A stretch of 63,921 bases of DNA, filler included, from Octopus bimaculoides (GCF_001194135.2; 5 parts of 5 records of this genome joined end to end with filler, not necessarily neighbours in it); one strand, 5' to 3'. Counted from the first letter of the whole stretch, positions 1 to 13,089 are shown. Numbers and translations: made by a program. The notes: generated by a model not told the origin, from the sequence alone.

Positions 1-40
1 AATGCTTGAAAGTCAAACCGATTTTCCTAAATATACTTAT

Positions 41-407
41 GTTGTTGGCACTCCGTCGTTTAAGACGTCGAGGGTTCCAGTTGATCCGATCAACGGAACA
101 ACCTGCTCGTGAAATTAACGTACAATTGGCTGAGCACTCCACAGACACGTGTACCCTTAACGTAGTTCTCGGGGATATTCAGCGTGACACAGTGTGACAA
201 GGCTGACCCTTTTGCATTACAGGCACAACAGAAACAGGAAGTAAGAGTGAGAGAGAGTTGTGGTGAAAGAGTACAGCAGGGTTCGCCACCATCCCTTACC
301 GGAGCCTGGTGGAGCTTTAGGTGTTTTCGCTCAATAAGCACTCACAACGAAACCGCGATCCTATGACCGCGAGTCCGCTGCCCTAACCACTGGGCCATTG
401 CGTCTCC
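41..407 (-). mobile_element. tRNA-derived SINE, family A (B-box partly deleted)
   Basis: Near-identical to 3727-4112 and 27329-27653. The minus strand starts GGAGACGCAATGGCCCAGTGGTTAGGGCAG (A-box). It lacks a ~16-bp segment (cccggtctgggaatcg) present in the 3727 copy. Confidence 0.9.
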
Positions 408-720
408 ACAAATGATATATTTATATGCATTGGTAAACAACCTAACACTTGTTTCGCCTGTCCTTCTTATGCGTTTTAATCCATTTACAATAATTTACGA
501 TATCTCTCTTCTCATTTAACATCGGATAATAGACAATCACAGGACTCTTTTGTGAAAGATCTATTAAAAACTCTTGATCAATAATGTTCCCATAATATTC
601 AAATGGTTTTTATTTACTTGTGATTTTCGATTGTATGTACCCATTCCATAGCAACGCTATCCGCCCTTAAATTTCATTTTGCAACTCACTTATTTACTTA
701 TTTGCCTTTATTTTAATTCA

Positions 721-1030
721 TACACTCTGTTGGGTTAAGATAAGCTAAGGGAGAAGCTTTTACATAGTTGTTAAAATAACAGCCAAATCTCCATGAAACA
801 TGAGGGATAACCGTTTATTCAAAGTAGCCGGCCTCAGCCTCAAGACGGCTCCGGAAGCATGTGTATGCGTTCCTCATTGACCACCAGTTGAACATTGGTG
901 TTGCAGGCAAAGCGGTTGGTCTCTATCTTAACCGCACATCACACATAGTAATCTATGGAAATACAATTGGGGGAATTACAAAGCCAAAAATTGGGGCTGG
1001 TAAAGTTGCAGAAACACTTTTTAATCCAAT
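721..1030 (-). mobile_element. Tc1/mariner DD37D (maT)-like transposase 3' fragment
   Basis: Minus strand reads NFTSPNFWLCNSPNCISIDYYV, then degenerate C-terminus ending ...AGYFE*. Homologous to the fragments at 8472-9110 and 24383-25245. Confidence 0.7.
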
Positions 1031-1134
1031 ACAAAATATTGTAGACGTGTGTATACACATACATACATGCTTGTATACATACATAAGTACATGCGTACAT
1101 ACGTACGCACATACATACATATATACATACATAC

Positions 1135-1191
<57 letters not shown>

Positions 1192-1199
1192 CATGTTTT

Positions 1200-1480
1200 G
1201 CATGGCTTAGTGGTTAGGATGTTGCATTCACAATTGTGACATCGTGGTTTCAATTTCCATACCGAGCGTTGCGTTGATTTCTTGAGCAAAGTACTTCATT
1301 TCACGATGCTCTGCGATAATTTCGTCATCTGACATGCGGCACATGATGCACCTGTACAGGTCATGTCGATTTGATGGAGGGAGTGCGCTTATGTGAACAC
1401 AAACATTTGATCACTATAAACTAAATTATCTGTGTGGTTGTTCGGCAACAAATTACCGAAACTGCATACGCCGTTTAACG
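1200..1480 (+). mobile_element. Old tRNA-derived SINE
   Basis: A-box TGGCTTAGTGGTTAGG, degenerate B-box GGTTTCAATTTCC, then CTTGAGCAAAGTACTTCATTTCAC resembling the post-tRNA segment of 15566-15891. Confidence 0.55.
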
Positions 1481-2279
1481 ACGGGAGAGCCCATGATATA
1501 TATATATATATAATATATGAGTATATGCATATATATGTACATGTATGTACATACCTTCATCTACATGTATATATAGATGCATATCTGGGTACATGACGTT
1601 GCAAAAAAAACATGGACAGTATGATAAACAAGGTACAGAAAACACACAGGCTACATAGAGAAAATTTTCTTCATCAGCTGCCACCATTATACACATACAA
1701 CATCTACATAAATAAAAGCGCTAACACAGAATATACACACTTACACATTAACTTTATCCAACACACGCGCTCGGTATCTAACAGCCCCATATACACAGAT
1801 GAACTGAAAACAGAGACACACACTCTAGCTCCATGCTTAGACACGCATAGACACACACAATATTCACGCATAAATACATATAATGCATACGCTCACATGA
1901 TTTTCATACTCATACACGTGTTTGTCAACACAAGTATACACGTGCTCGTCCCAACACACATATACACACGCACACATCTTCACCCACATGCCCACACATA
2001 CTTGTGCACACACTCTGTTGTCTCTCTTGCCATCGGCGTCTTCAACCACACCCTTCTAGTCACTCAATTCAGCATACGCAGTCGTTAATCCAGACACGTT
2101 TTTTTCTCCTCATTTTTTTCCTTCTCTCCTGTTTTCTCTCCTCATTCCTTTCAGTAGAAGAGAGCAGACTTGAAACCTTAAAGACCATTTCCATTTTTCC
2201 TGAGCATCAAATGAATACAGCAGGTTTGTTGTTTCTTCACTTGTCTCTTTCATTTCGTGTTTTTTTTTTGCATAATTTT

Positions 2280-2709
2280 CACCCATCCAATCATTCGTTT
2301 GTAGATCTATCCATCCATCCATCCATCCATCCATACAAACATACATACATACAAACATACATGTATATGTGTGTGTGCATGCGTGCGTTCGTGTACGTGT
2401 ATGTGTGCATATATGTATGCATATATCTTCTGTGTATTGATATTCGATAACAATATTTAATAAATTGTCAGCTCTCTATTCCCTATTTGTCTCTAAAACA
2501 TCGCTATACATCTTTCTCTTTTATTATACTAATATTTGATAATGTCAAATTAGAAGGCAACTTAATTAGAAGGCAGCTGTTCTTTCTTTAGACAGCGATT
2601 GTTCGTGCCGTCACGTTTCTTTCATTGTGTTTGTTTTTGAATTGCATCGCAGAAATTTTGTCTTTGTAGTTTGTATCTAAGTTTTTTATAGATTCGCAAG
2701 TCACATAGA

Positions 2710-2750
<41 letters not shown>

Positions 2751-2773
2751 CACACACACACACATGCACACAT

Positions 2774-2836
<63 letters not shown>

Positions 2837-3040
2837 GAGAGCGAGAACAACACACGTTCATACACACAAACATATACATAAGCATATATATATATATATA
2901 TATGTACCCATGTATGTGCATATGTATATATATGTGTATATATATATCTATCTAGCTATCTATCTATCTATCTATCTATCTATATATAAGTATATTAAGT
3001 ATATATGTGTATACACTCACACAGACACGCACACGTACAC
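2280..3040. repeat. Compound microsatellites (ATCC/ATAC, CA, TA, ATCT)
   Basis: Directly visible tandem runs at about 2305-2420 and 2711-3040. Confidence 0.9.
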
Positions 3041-3726
3041 AAAATCAGTAAAACACTATTGCAAAGTAATTAATAGCATCAACAATTACAACAATGGCCA
3101 CTCTACATCACGCGTGCCGATAATAACGATTACAAGAAATATGTCCATCCACACTTTTAACAGTAAGCGAATGCCGTAGCGGAACACTTTACAAAAATCA
3201 ATCACAAAATCACAAAGAGAGACATAATCATACAACAGCAGAGACGGTTTTTAACTCAACTCCACACACTAGATTAATTAGCTGTGAGGAAAGAAATAAA
3301 TTGGGAAAAAAATATCTTATAACACGATGCTTCTTTCAGCTAAAAGCAAGAAGGACTTGAAGAAACCGTTATATACACCAACCGCCTCAGCTATACCTGT
3401 TAACAGAAATCTTTTCGTGATCATTCGACTGATCTGTCTTCAGAATTCAAAAAGAAATGACAAGTTGGTCGTTTATAAACTTATTGTTGATCTTGTGCCT
3501 AAATCAAAATCTTTTATAAAGTAAAAGTTTAATTAATAAAAGACAACTATCAAATCTTGGTAGAGTTTATAGATGGAGCCTTTGACAATCCTGCATTATT
3601 GCAACATTTAAATGAACGTAAATTATATTAAATATTTGGGTTATAATATCAGAGTTGTAAAGGATGAAAAAAAAAAAAGGAACAAATTATTTTGCTTTCC
3701 TCCTTACAATAATATGAAATCTAATT

Positions 3727-4112
3727 TGTTGGTGTTGACACTCCGTCGCTTACGACGACGAGGGTTCCAGTTGATCAGATCAACGGAACAACCTGCTCGT
3801 GAAATTAACGTGCAAGTGGATGAGCACTCCAGAGACACGTGTACCCTTACTGTAGTTTTCGGGGATATTCAGCGTGACATAATGTGACAAGGCTGACCCT
3901 TTGAATTACAGGCACAACAGAAACAGGAAGTAAGAGTGAGAGAAAGTTGTGGTGGAAGAGTACAGCAGGGTTCGCCACCATCCCCTGCCGGAGCCTGGTG
4001 GAGTTTTAGGTGTTTTCGCTCAATAAACACTTACAACGCCCGGTCTGGGAATCGAAACCGCGATCCTATGACCGCGAGCCCACTGCCCTAACCACTGGGC
4101 CATTGCGCCTCC
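3727..4112 (-). mobile_element. Full-length tRNA-derived SINE, family A, with 11-bp TSD
   Basis: A-box TGGCCCAGTGG and B-box GGTTTCGATTCC on the minus strand. Flanking direct repeat GAAATCTAATT at 3716-3726 and 4113-4123. Confidence 0.95.
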
Positions 4113-4894
4113 GAAATCTAATTACCGTAGTGCTAAATATGTAAAAGGATAGAGTGAATCATGTCTGAAACGCTATTAATCATAGGTTTGTTATGTCAGG
4201 GTTGAATTGGGAGTTAAACAACATCAACAGCAGCCCCATCGAAAGCAAAAGCTTTATATGTCGATACTACGAAATCCCCAGAATTTTTTCTTAATGAGTA
4301 AAATTATAACTGTTGTCATTTACTAACGAAACTTTTAGTAAATATCTACGACCCAGTAAGTATTTACAAACAGCAATATTACAAACAGTATACCACATGG
4401 ATCTATCCCCTCATCCATTCTTTTTACATAATGGGTTTGTTTTAGCTACTCGAGTGATTACGAGTATTACACCTAGACTCATCAGAAAGATACAGAAGAC
4501 ATAAAATATTAAAATACAATGTATTATGTACAACATTCATATCTTTAATATTAAACACCCTTTTCTATGTATTTTAACTAGCATAATCGAAAACGCATGG
4601 TAATTTTTAAGGTTTTTTTTTCTTTAAAAATGTGTCTTCCCTACCGCAAAATACGGTAATTAGATTTCTTAAACTTTTACGTAGTTACATATATCATACA
4701 ATGGAAAACAGAATGTTTTGCTGTTGCTGTTTTTCTTTTACAACTTTGATATTATACCCCATATATCTAATATAATTTACGCTCATTTAAATGTTGCAGT
4801 AATGCAGGATTATCAAAGACTTCATCTATAAATTCTACCAGGATTTGGTAGTTGTCTTTTACTAATGAAACTTTTACTTTATAACGGGTTTTGA

Positions 4895-5130
4895 TTTAAG
4901 CACAAGATCAGCGATTTGGAGAGGAATGAGTTAACTGATACCATCGACCCAGTACTAAACTGGTACTCTTTTATATCGACGTCCGAAAGGATGAAAGGCA
5001 AAGTTGACCTCCGTAGGATTTGAACTCATAATGTGAAACATTGGAACAAATATAACAAAATGTTTTGGGTTTTTTCCGACGCTCTACCGATTCTGTCAGC
5101 TCAACGCGTTGTCAGCTCTCCGCCTTGCCA
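4895..5130 (-). mobile_element. SINE family B (decayed)
   Basis: Contains atcgacgtccgaaaggatgaaaggcaaagttgacctccgtaggatttgaactc, the reverse complement of the family B core seen at 6493-6705. Confidence 0.75.
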
Positions 5131-6149
5131 GCTTGTCGGTCTCCAATTCAAAAAACAAAAAAAAAGCAAAGAATTAAATGCAGTTGAATATGGTTTCGTC
5201 CTTCCATACATAATTCTTTCAGATTCAAAATTAACAGCTTTCAAATTTCTCTACGAATACAGATACATTACTCAAAACCAGCAATTTTTTTTCAGAGAAT
5301 ATCTATACATAAACAAATAAAAATAGACTGTCACCAAAACTTCTGTTCATAACTAATTGTATGCCACATAACCAAAAGAATACGAAAATAACGTTGATAG
5401 AAAAGTATGAAATTCAGTTCAAGCGCAATTAAATTCATTTGTTGTAAACTTCTTTGAGCGAATAAACTATCACCTATATTACATGTTAACTTTTATACAA
5501 TGAATTTGTATTGTTTACTTTTTTTTATCTATCCTCCACACTTTCCTTGAAGTTATTGGTTCTGAGAGAAGGTTATTGGTTCTGAGAGAAGGTGGAGAGA
5601 AATCTGTAGGAGAAAGAGGAGAAAGTGAATCGACAATCTTCAGGTTAGTATTAGCAGCAGAAAATCAACGTTTGTTATATAATGACGAAAAGTAGTAGTA
5701 GTAGTAGTAGTAGCAGTAGTAGTAGTAGTAGTAGTAGCAGCAGTAGCAGCAATTGTAGTTTTAAAAAAGGTAATGAACCAAAGTGTTAGATAATGTTGAA
5801 TTACGGCCGAAAATGAAACAAAAGGTAGAACGACCGGACTCGAACATTGCTCATCAAAATCAATAAAAAAAGGTTTGAAATTTTAATAGGCGTTTGTCGA
5901 AATAAAAGAGTCCCGAAGCGAGGGTGGGCTGGTTTGAATAGAGGAGTTTGCTGCAAGGTAGCTTAGCCTCTCATTCTCTCTTCAAAATAGAGAATAAAAT
6001 AAACGTTTTTCACATTGAATTTGATAGCGGAATTTTTAGCTGATCTCAAACAAAGCGAGAGCTATGAAACAACCATAAATGCTAGGCGTGTCCAACCATT
6101 TTGTAATGAAGTAAAGAGAAGAAAGAAAAGAAAAGATACTAACGCGGTC

Positions 6150-6386
6150 ACATGACGGTGGTAGCGGCGGCGGTGGTGATGGTGGTGGTGGTGGTAGTCG
6201 TCGTCGTAGTAGTAGTTGTGATGGTGTTGGTGGTAATGATGATGATGACGATGTTGATGCTGATGATGACAAATAAAAACAATAGTATTAATAAGAACTG
6301 TCGAAACTGTATAAAAATAAAACCATTAAATAAACCAGAAATCATCAGTAAGGCTTTGATCAATAGGAATTCACCTACCTTCATTT

Positions 6387-6466
<80 letters not shown>

Positions 6467-6492
6467 CTTCATCATTATTATTATTATTATTA
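6150..6492. repeat. Trinucleotide microsatellites (GGT/GAT, TTC, TTA)
   Basis: Directly visible runs. Confidence 0.9.
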
Positions 6493-6705
6493 AGGGAGCG
6501 AGCTGGCAGAATCGTTAGCATGCTGGGTGAAATGCCTAGCGGTATTTCGTCTGCCGTTACGTTCTGAGTTCAAATTCCGCCGAGGTCGACTTTACTTTTC
6601 ATCCTTTCGAGGTCGATAAATTAAGTACCAGTTGAGTACTGGGGTCGATGTAATCGACTACCCCGTTCTCCAAAATTTCAGGCCATGTGCCTTGAGAAGA
6701 AAGAA
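6493..6705 (+). mobile_element. SINE family B
   Basis: Head GGCGAGCTGGCAGAATCGTTAG, B-box-like GAGTTCAAATTCC, central CTTTCATCCTTTCGAGGTCGATAAATTAAGTACCAG. About ten or more related copies occur in the window. Confidence 0.85.
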
Positions 6706-6711
6706 TTATTA

Positions 6712-7700
6712 TTATTCCTTCGTAACACAGTGTAGGTAAAAATGCACCGGAGTCTTTGTCATCTGTCCAGTCACAAGGACCTCAGACAGATAATACTTTC
6801 CTTAAGATTTGCGCTATGCCCATAAGCCTGCTTTTTGCAAGATATCAATCTCGCATGAGATTTCCAGTTGCCTTAAGAATTCTTGATGTTTCAATGGGAT
6901 TGAGCCCAACGCTCCGATCACCACTGGTATTACTTTTACATTACCCTCTCGCATTCCATGCAGTCTTGCCTTTTCTACTTTCAATTCGGAGTACTTGGTG
7001 ATTTTTTCAACCCCTTTACTCATAACATTCATGTCATTTGGTATAGCTACATCAATGATCTGACAGTATTTGCCTCTCTTATTCTATATGACAATATACG
7101 GCCGACAGTGTTCGATTACACGATCCGTCTGAAAATCATAGTCCCAGAGTATCGTTACTTTTCCATCTTCCTGCATAACTTTACTTGGTACATGCTCATA
7201 CCAGTTCTCTGTTACTTTATATTGGCATTTACGGCATAAGAGCCATGAAGATACATACGCAATTTATCGTGGCGGCGCTTGTATTCTTTTTGTGTAAGAC
7301 TCTCACATCCATTTACCCAGTGGGTCACATTTTCCACACTCTTTCCACAGAGTCTGCTTTACTGGATGTCAAGAGTTTTATAGATGTTATACTTCACTGA
7401 ATTGGTAGCGAGAGCTTGGTCTTGTGCAGCAATGATCAGGCTTTCGGTGGTACGCTTCATATCACCTCGCTCAAGCCATGTTCACGATGCTGCATTATCT
7501 TTAACGTCTTGTGTATTCATTTCAAACTGTCCATGTATTCTCATTTCAAAGTGTTCTTTTCTCTTCTCCTCAGTTCTTTGGTTAGACTCAGCCTTGCCCA
7601 TCATTTCATCTGCATTTACACCCATATCTTTCGCGGCATATTGTAGCAGATCTTCACTATTTATCAAATATCAGACATTTCCAAGATGGCTGAATAAATG
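6712..7700 (-). mobile_element. R4/Dong-type non-LTR retrotransposon 3' fragment (zinc knuckle + restriction-like endonuclease)
   Basis: Minus strand with stops and frameshifts: TESLIIAAQDQAL...SRLCGKSVENVTHWVNGC...EYKRRHDK...ILWDYDFQTDRVIEHCRPYIVI...IIDVAIP...KYSELK...VIPVVIGALG. The 3' end runs into a short (AAT)n. Confidence 0.85.
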
Positions 7701-8261
7701 TTGATACTGACGAACTTTTTCGGAAACCTGCAACCAGCAGAACTGAGAAAAACATCGCAGATGTGAGTGCAGCTGTGAAGGGAAATCGTCGAATCACCAT
7801 CTGTGAATTATCAGAGGATGTGCAGATTAATTACGGTTCAGTTCAGTTCATTATCACTCAAGATTTAGGTATGACAAGTTTGTGTCTGACAAGTTTGTGC
7901 CAAAACTGCTTTCAGCTGACCAAAATGACACTCGGGTTTCAGTTGCACAAGACCACCTTGGTTGTGTCGAGAACTTTTTGAAAACATTGCGTAAGCCCCT
8001 GAGCAGGTATTACCAAACCTTTGGCAAAATTTGATGTAGATTCTCTGCTCAATTTTCTCTGTCATGGTCAATGCGGCGATCACACGCTACACACCTTCCT
8101 TCCAAGCACTGCTATTAGCAGTAGAAGTGAGCTAGAACGTTAAAACTTAGTGCGCATGCACAGCAGAGTTAAATGTCAACCTGTGCCAAGCGGCTTTTCT
8201 CTGCGTGATTTAGCATCGTTACTATAGCAAGAGTGCGGATACTTATTGATCAGACCACGTA
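7700..8261. mobile_element. Mariner (DD34D-type) 5' portion with internal inversion
   Basis: Minus strand 8261->7972 has a TA-flanked TIR (TACGTGGTCTGATCAATAAGTATCCG) and MTEKIEQRIYIKFCQRFG...AYAM. Plus strand 7700-7989 has RRITICELSEDVQINYGSVQFIITQDLGM...ENFLKT. Confidence 0.8.
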
Positions 8262-8471
8262 TCCCTTTCTCAGTTTGGCATGACGTTACACACATTTAAA
8301 TTAATTAAATAAGTAAATTAATCAGTCAACAACGTTGCTAGCGGTATCACTTAAATAGAGATCGGAGATACTGTTTGAATGTCGACATCAGAGGAGGTTC
8401 CCTCTTGACTACTTTAAGACGCACAAAATAAAACCCCAAAAGAATAGTAACTGAAATTAATTCATAGCCAA

Positions 8472-9110
8472 CAGAGTGTTCAGACAAAATTTGACCGGTT
8501 GCATAAACGGAAAAAAAAACACAACATCCTACACAAAAATAAAAATATTTTTTAAAAACTAAAAAAAAATATAAACTAGATTGACTGGGATATAACACTT
8601 TACTCAAAGTAGTCGCCTTCAGCTTCAAACGTTACCTCAAGCCGATTCCCGAACCTGGCGCATGCGCTTCTCACTGTGTTCCTGGCAAGATCTTCGAGCA
8701 CTTCCTTCATTTTGGTCATCTGCTTGGCTTTGGTGTTGCAGACAGAGCGGTTGGTGTCTTCCTCAACCGCACTCCACACATAGTAATCCATGGAATTACA
8801 ATGAGTGGAGTGGGGAAGTTAAGCCAAGAATTGAGGCTGGTGGAGTTGTAGAAATTCTCCGACAACCACTTCTGACACTTTCCGGAGGTATAGCAGGAGA
8901 CCAAATGCTGCTGCCACTCCAGCCAGGGCCTGACCTGTCTCCAACAGCTCCACATAGCCGTCTGAACTGAGTATAAGTCCTCTGCTCAAAGATGTGATAA
9001 AGAATTCTGGCGTGACGGTTCAGCCAGAATGCCTCCTGTGTTCCTTCTTGCTGGCTAAGGCTTCGTAGTCTCCGTTGCAGCACTCCATGTTGAACAATTC
9101 CTAAATTGTA
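8472..9110 (-). mobile_element. Tc1/mariner DD37D (maT)-like transposase fragment
   Basis: WQQHLVSCYTSGKCQKWLSENFY...MDYYVWSAVEEDTNRSVCNTKAK...RFGNRLEVTFEAEGDYFE*. A possible TIR CAGAGTGTTCAGAC lies near 8472. Confidence 0.8.
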
Positions 9111-9663
9111 TAGAAAAAATATTTGTTTTTTGCTTTAGAAATATATCAAATAATATTGTCTTAAACGAATCTGTAATATGTTTTCTCGTGAGTGAAAATA
9201 AATCAATTTCAGAAGCCTTTCACCAGCCTTTTACGTTTTTCTTTTCTTTTTTGCCGGTACAAGTTTAACCAGATATGTACACTCAAGGCTTTTGCATTAA
9301 AATTTGCTTCTATAATCTGTACAGTGTGTTTATGTTTGTGTGTGCATATAAACACCTGCATGTTATGAAAAACACGCCTGATCACAAGTTAGTGTATATA
9401 TGATTGCGTGCTGTCGGAAAATTGTATATCGAACTTATTTGCTTCTAAATTAATGTGTAAGGGGCTGCGCATTCCTCAGATACGTAGTTCTCAGGTAGTG
9501 TGGTACGGGCTTCAATACAGATTCCACGAACCGAATATCACTGCCAAGCATTGAACCTATTGAAATTGACATTTGCCTTAGATATCACACGTAGTGAGCG
9601 AACCCTGGATCACTTGGTTGCGAAGCGGTCTTCTGAAGTATTCGCCTATAAGACTCCTACACA

Positions 9664-9695
<32 letters not shown>

Positions 9696-9697
9696 CG

Positions 9698-9730
<33 letters not shown>

Positions 9731-9864
9731 ACATAANNNNNNNNNNNNNNNNNNNNNNNNNNNNNNNNNNNNNNNNNNNNNNNNNNNNNNNNNNNNNNNN
9801 NNNNNNNNNNNNNNNNNNNNNNNNNNNTATATATATATATATATATATTATTCAAAAGAATTCC

Positions 9865-10186
9865 AACTCTGTCTGTTTTTTATGTTTTATTTATATTCTT
9901 ATAAAATTAATGTAGGATGTAGAATATGGAATATATAGTATATATAGTAAAATGAAAGGAAGTATTGAATGTCTTATTGAATAAATGAAATATTGAATAT
10001 TAAATATTAAATATTAATATTTAATATTCAATATTTTATTTATTCACTAAGACATTCAATACTTCATTTCATTTTACTATATATACTAAATATACTATAT
10101 ATTCCATATATTCCATATATTCCATATTCTACATCCTACATTAATTTTATAAGAATATAAATAAAACATAAAAGACTGACAGAGTT
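9865..10186. repeat. AT-rich long palindrome (fold-back)
   Basis: Left arm aactctgtc...atgttttatttatattcttataaaattaatgtaggatgtagaatatggaata is mirrored by tattccatattctacatcctacattaattttataagaatataaataaaacata...gacagagtt. Centre aaatatt|aatattt at 10015/10016. Confidence 0.95.
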
Positions 10187-10897
10187 TTCTGGTTTGCTTA
10201 TAAAATCTCAGAACAACGAGTCAGCTGCTTCAACGAATGCCTCTTTTACCATCTCTCCATATTGGAAGGATTTCTTGTTCTTAACGATGAAGTGACTCAC
10301 CTGGATCGATGCTTCGGTAGCTGCCATTGCTTTTGAAGTCAGTTGTGTGAAAAATGACTGCTGTCCGGACAACTGGGATTTCACCTTCCTTCACCTTTCT
10401 CTTTCTCAGCTCGCTTTTCGGGGGGAGTCAGTGTTATAGTTTTTTAATAACAGTCCGAAAATGCTACTCCACATTTCCCTTCTTCGGAATAGCGATGGCA
10501 GACTGGAAGATGAGGCAAATGCAGTGACATTGTGGGAAAAAAAGTCCTCCCATTCAGTATGGAAGCGGTAGATTTTTGGTTTCTTACTTGGTCCAGCTTC
10601 CCCACTCATTTTTATACCCTTTCTTAAGTTTAGAAGGAATAAATTGGCGGCTAACAAGCCAACTCGGTAGCTTGCAAGAGTTGTGCAGCATTTAGCGCCC
10701 TTGTATGCGCATGCGTGGTGACGCATGTCAGAAAAGGTCAGATGTCAGACTGGCTGCCCTGTATTTGTCAATCAAGTTACAAATTTCATAGTGTTGGATG
10801 ATAGGCTGACGTCAATGTTTTTTTAATGCCATACGATCTACCCACACTGTCTTTGCGATCGACCGGTAGATCGCGATAGACGTATTGGGCACCCCTG
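10187..10897 (-). mobile_element. hAT (Charlie/Buster-like) transposon, 5' end with transposase N-terminus, truncated
   Basis: Terminus CAGGGGTGCCCAATACG flanked by ATCTAGGT (10898-10905). Frameshifted MSGEAGPSKKPKIYRFHTEWEDFF...PPKSELRKRKVK...SQLSGQQSFF...KNKKSFQYGEMVKEAFVEAADSLF starting at 10609, resembling GTF2IRD2-like hAT transposases. Confidence 0.85.
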
Positions 10898-11292
10898 ATC
10901 TAGGTGAACAGAAATATCTGTAAGTCAAACATCATAGCCACAAGAGTGACGTAAAAAGTTACATAAATGTTAACATATGCCATCCACCGACCTCACAGTT
11001 GATTTGGCCATTACCCTAGTCACTCAAGGGACCTTATATGCTCCCCCAAGTACAGTATTTTCTTAGCTCTTCTCTTAATTCATGATTTGTATATTGAGTA
11101 AATTCCAGTTCACCTAGCCTGCTTCAAACAACGTATACACGAAATATCGTGATACAGTGCCCATTTTAATGCCATATGTCTGAAATTCACTGAATAACAA
11201 AATAGCTAAATACATTTGCTTTGAGAAGAACATCACAACATTATATACAATTTGAATGTCTTATTTTATCATTCACTAGGCCTTATTGCATG

Positions 11293-11294
<2 letters not shown>

Positions 11295-11369
<75 letters not shown>

Positions 11370-11530
11370 GACAGACAGACAGACAGACAGACAGAGACAG
11401 ACAGACAGACAGACAGAGACAGACAGACAGAGACAGACAGACAGAGAAAGACAGAGAAAGACAGAGAAAGACAGAGAGACAGACAGAGAGGTAACTCTTC
11501 TACTCCAGGCACAAGGCCCAAGAGAGAGAG
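11295..11530. repeat. (GA)n / (GACA)n compound microsatellite
   Basis: Directly visible. Confidence 0.95.
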
Positions 11531-12185
11531 AGGTAACTGATTAATCATTCATTAAAACACTATTACTTTTTTTTATCGTTATACATCAACACCTGAAACT
11601 TATGATTTTTGCAAATGTAGATTACGTTATATCTCCACTGCTATTAGAAGAATATGTGCAGAAGATATTTTCTCGCATAATTAGAATTCGGGGTTTCTTT
11701 CTTTCTTTTTCTTTTCATTTCCGATCTCAGCCAGATAAAAATTTAGCACCAATACGAAGAATATATATATGAACTAATATGATTAACATTGTGCACAATA
11801 TTCGTAAATGACATGGAAAAAAAAACCAAGAACATCTTAATAAAGCACTTTGTCGCTACAGGGTGTTATTTTAGTTAACAAAAAGAGAGTTAACATTATA
11901 GGCCTACAAACGCAGCTTGGCAGCCGCAATAGATTAGTGAGTAACTAAGTAATTATAATGATGCATTTTCTATATACGTATATATGTATGTGCGTGTGTG
12001 TGAACATATATCTATATATATATATGTATTTGTATATGTATGTATATATATATATATATATATATATNNNNNNNNNNNNNNNNNNNNNNNNNNNNNNNNN
12101 NNNNNNNNNNNNNNNNNNNNNNNNNNNNNNNNNNNNNNNNNNNNNNNNNNNNNNNNNNNNNNNNNNNNNNNNNNNNNNNNNNNNN

Positions 12186-12216
<31 letters not shown>

Positions 12217-12220
12217 TGTT

Positions 12221-13070
12221 TATTGGATCATCCCATAAATAATGCAGTTTTTTTCAATTGCATGAACTAAAAGTCGGAGGGGGACGGAATAAACTACCTG
12301 CATCAAATTGCTATAAAAGAAGGTAGTAATTTTACCATGTCCTTATTCTTAGTCCAAATTTTGAAGAGTGTAGTTCGATTTTAGCAGTTTCAAAGCTATA
12401 ATGGAAGTGACAAAGAGCACATTCGGCATATTTTGCTTTATGAGTTCAATAAAGGCAACAGCGCAACGGAAAGTGGGAGGAATATTAATGCAGTATATGG
12501 TGATTGGGCTATAAGTATAAGTCAGTTTCAACTGTGGTTCCAGAAATTCGGAGCCGGAAACTACAACCTAAAGATAGGCCTTGTCCTGGAAGATCTCTAA
12601 AAAAAACCTCGAGGAGGACGTCCTGCAAACCCTGGCAGAACAAAATTCCAACGTAACTGTTAAGGAACTAGCAGAGAAGTTTGGGTTTGGTCATTCAACC
12701 AGTCATTCAAATCAGCGCTAGAAGAAAAACGACCATCTTCGGTTTCTAGATGAAAGATGTTCATCCATCAAGATAATGCTCGGCCACATACAGCGAAGAT
12801 GATATTCCAAAAGCTGGAGCGGTTTAAATGGGAAATGATGCCGCACCCACCATATTCACCGGACACTATCTCATCTGGTTATATTTATTCCGCAGTATTC
12901 AAAATAATTCGGACGGAAGAATATGAATTCTGTAGATAAGGTCAGAATAGTAGTAGAGGCGTATTTATCATCACGGACAAGTGAATTGCAGAAGAGGAGG
13001 CTTGCAAGTCTACCAGATAGATGGAAGAGAATTGTAGAAAATGAAGTAGAGTATATTTTGGATTAAAAAA
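12221..13070 (+). mobile_element. Mariner DD34D element, internally deleted
   Basis: TIR-like TATTGGATCATCCCATAAATAATG. Frameshifted MEV.KEHIRHILLYEFNKGNSATES...WFQKF, and HQDNARPHTAK...HPPYSPD. Confidence 0.85.
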
Positions 13071-13089
13071 TGAAGCAGAGTATATTTTG

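Noticed and set aside
5553-5643. Possible 91-nt exon (pyrimidine tract-AG ... CAG|GTTAGT) with one open frame
   Set aside because: It contains a 20-bp tandem duplication, encodes no recognisable peptide and has no partner exons; RNA-seq would be needed.
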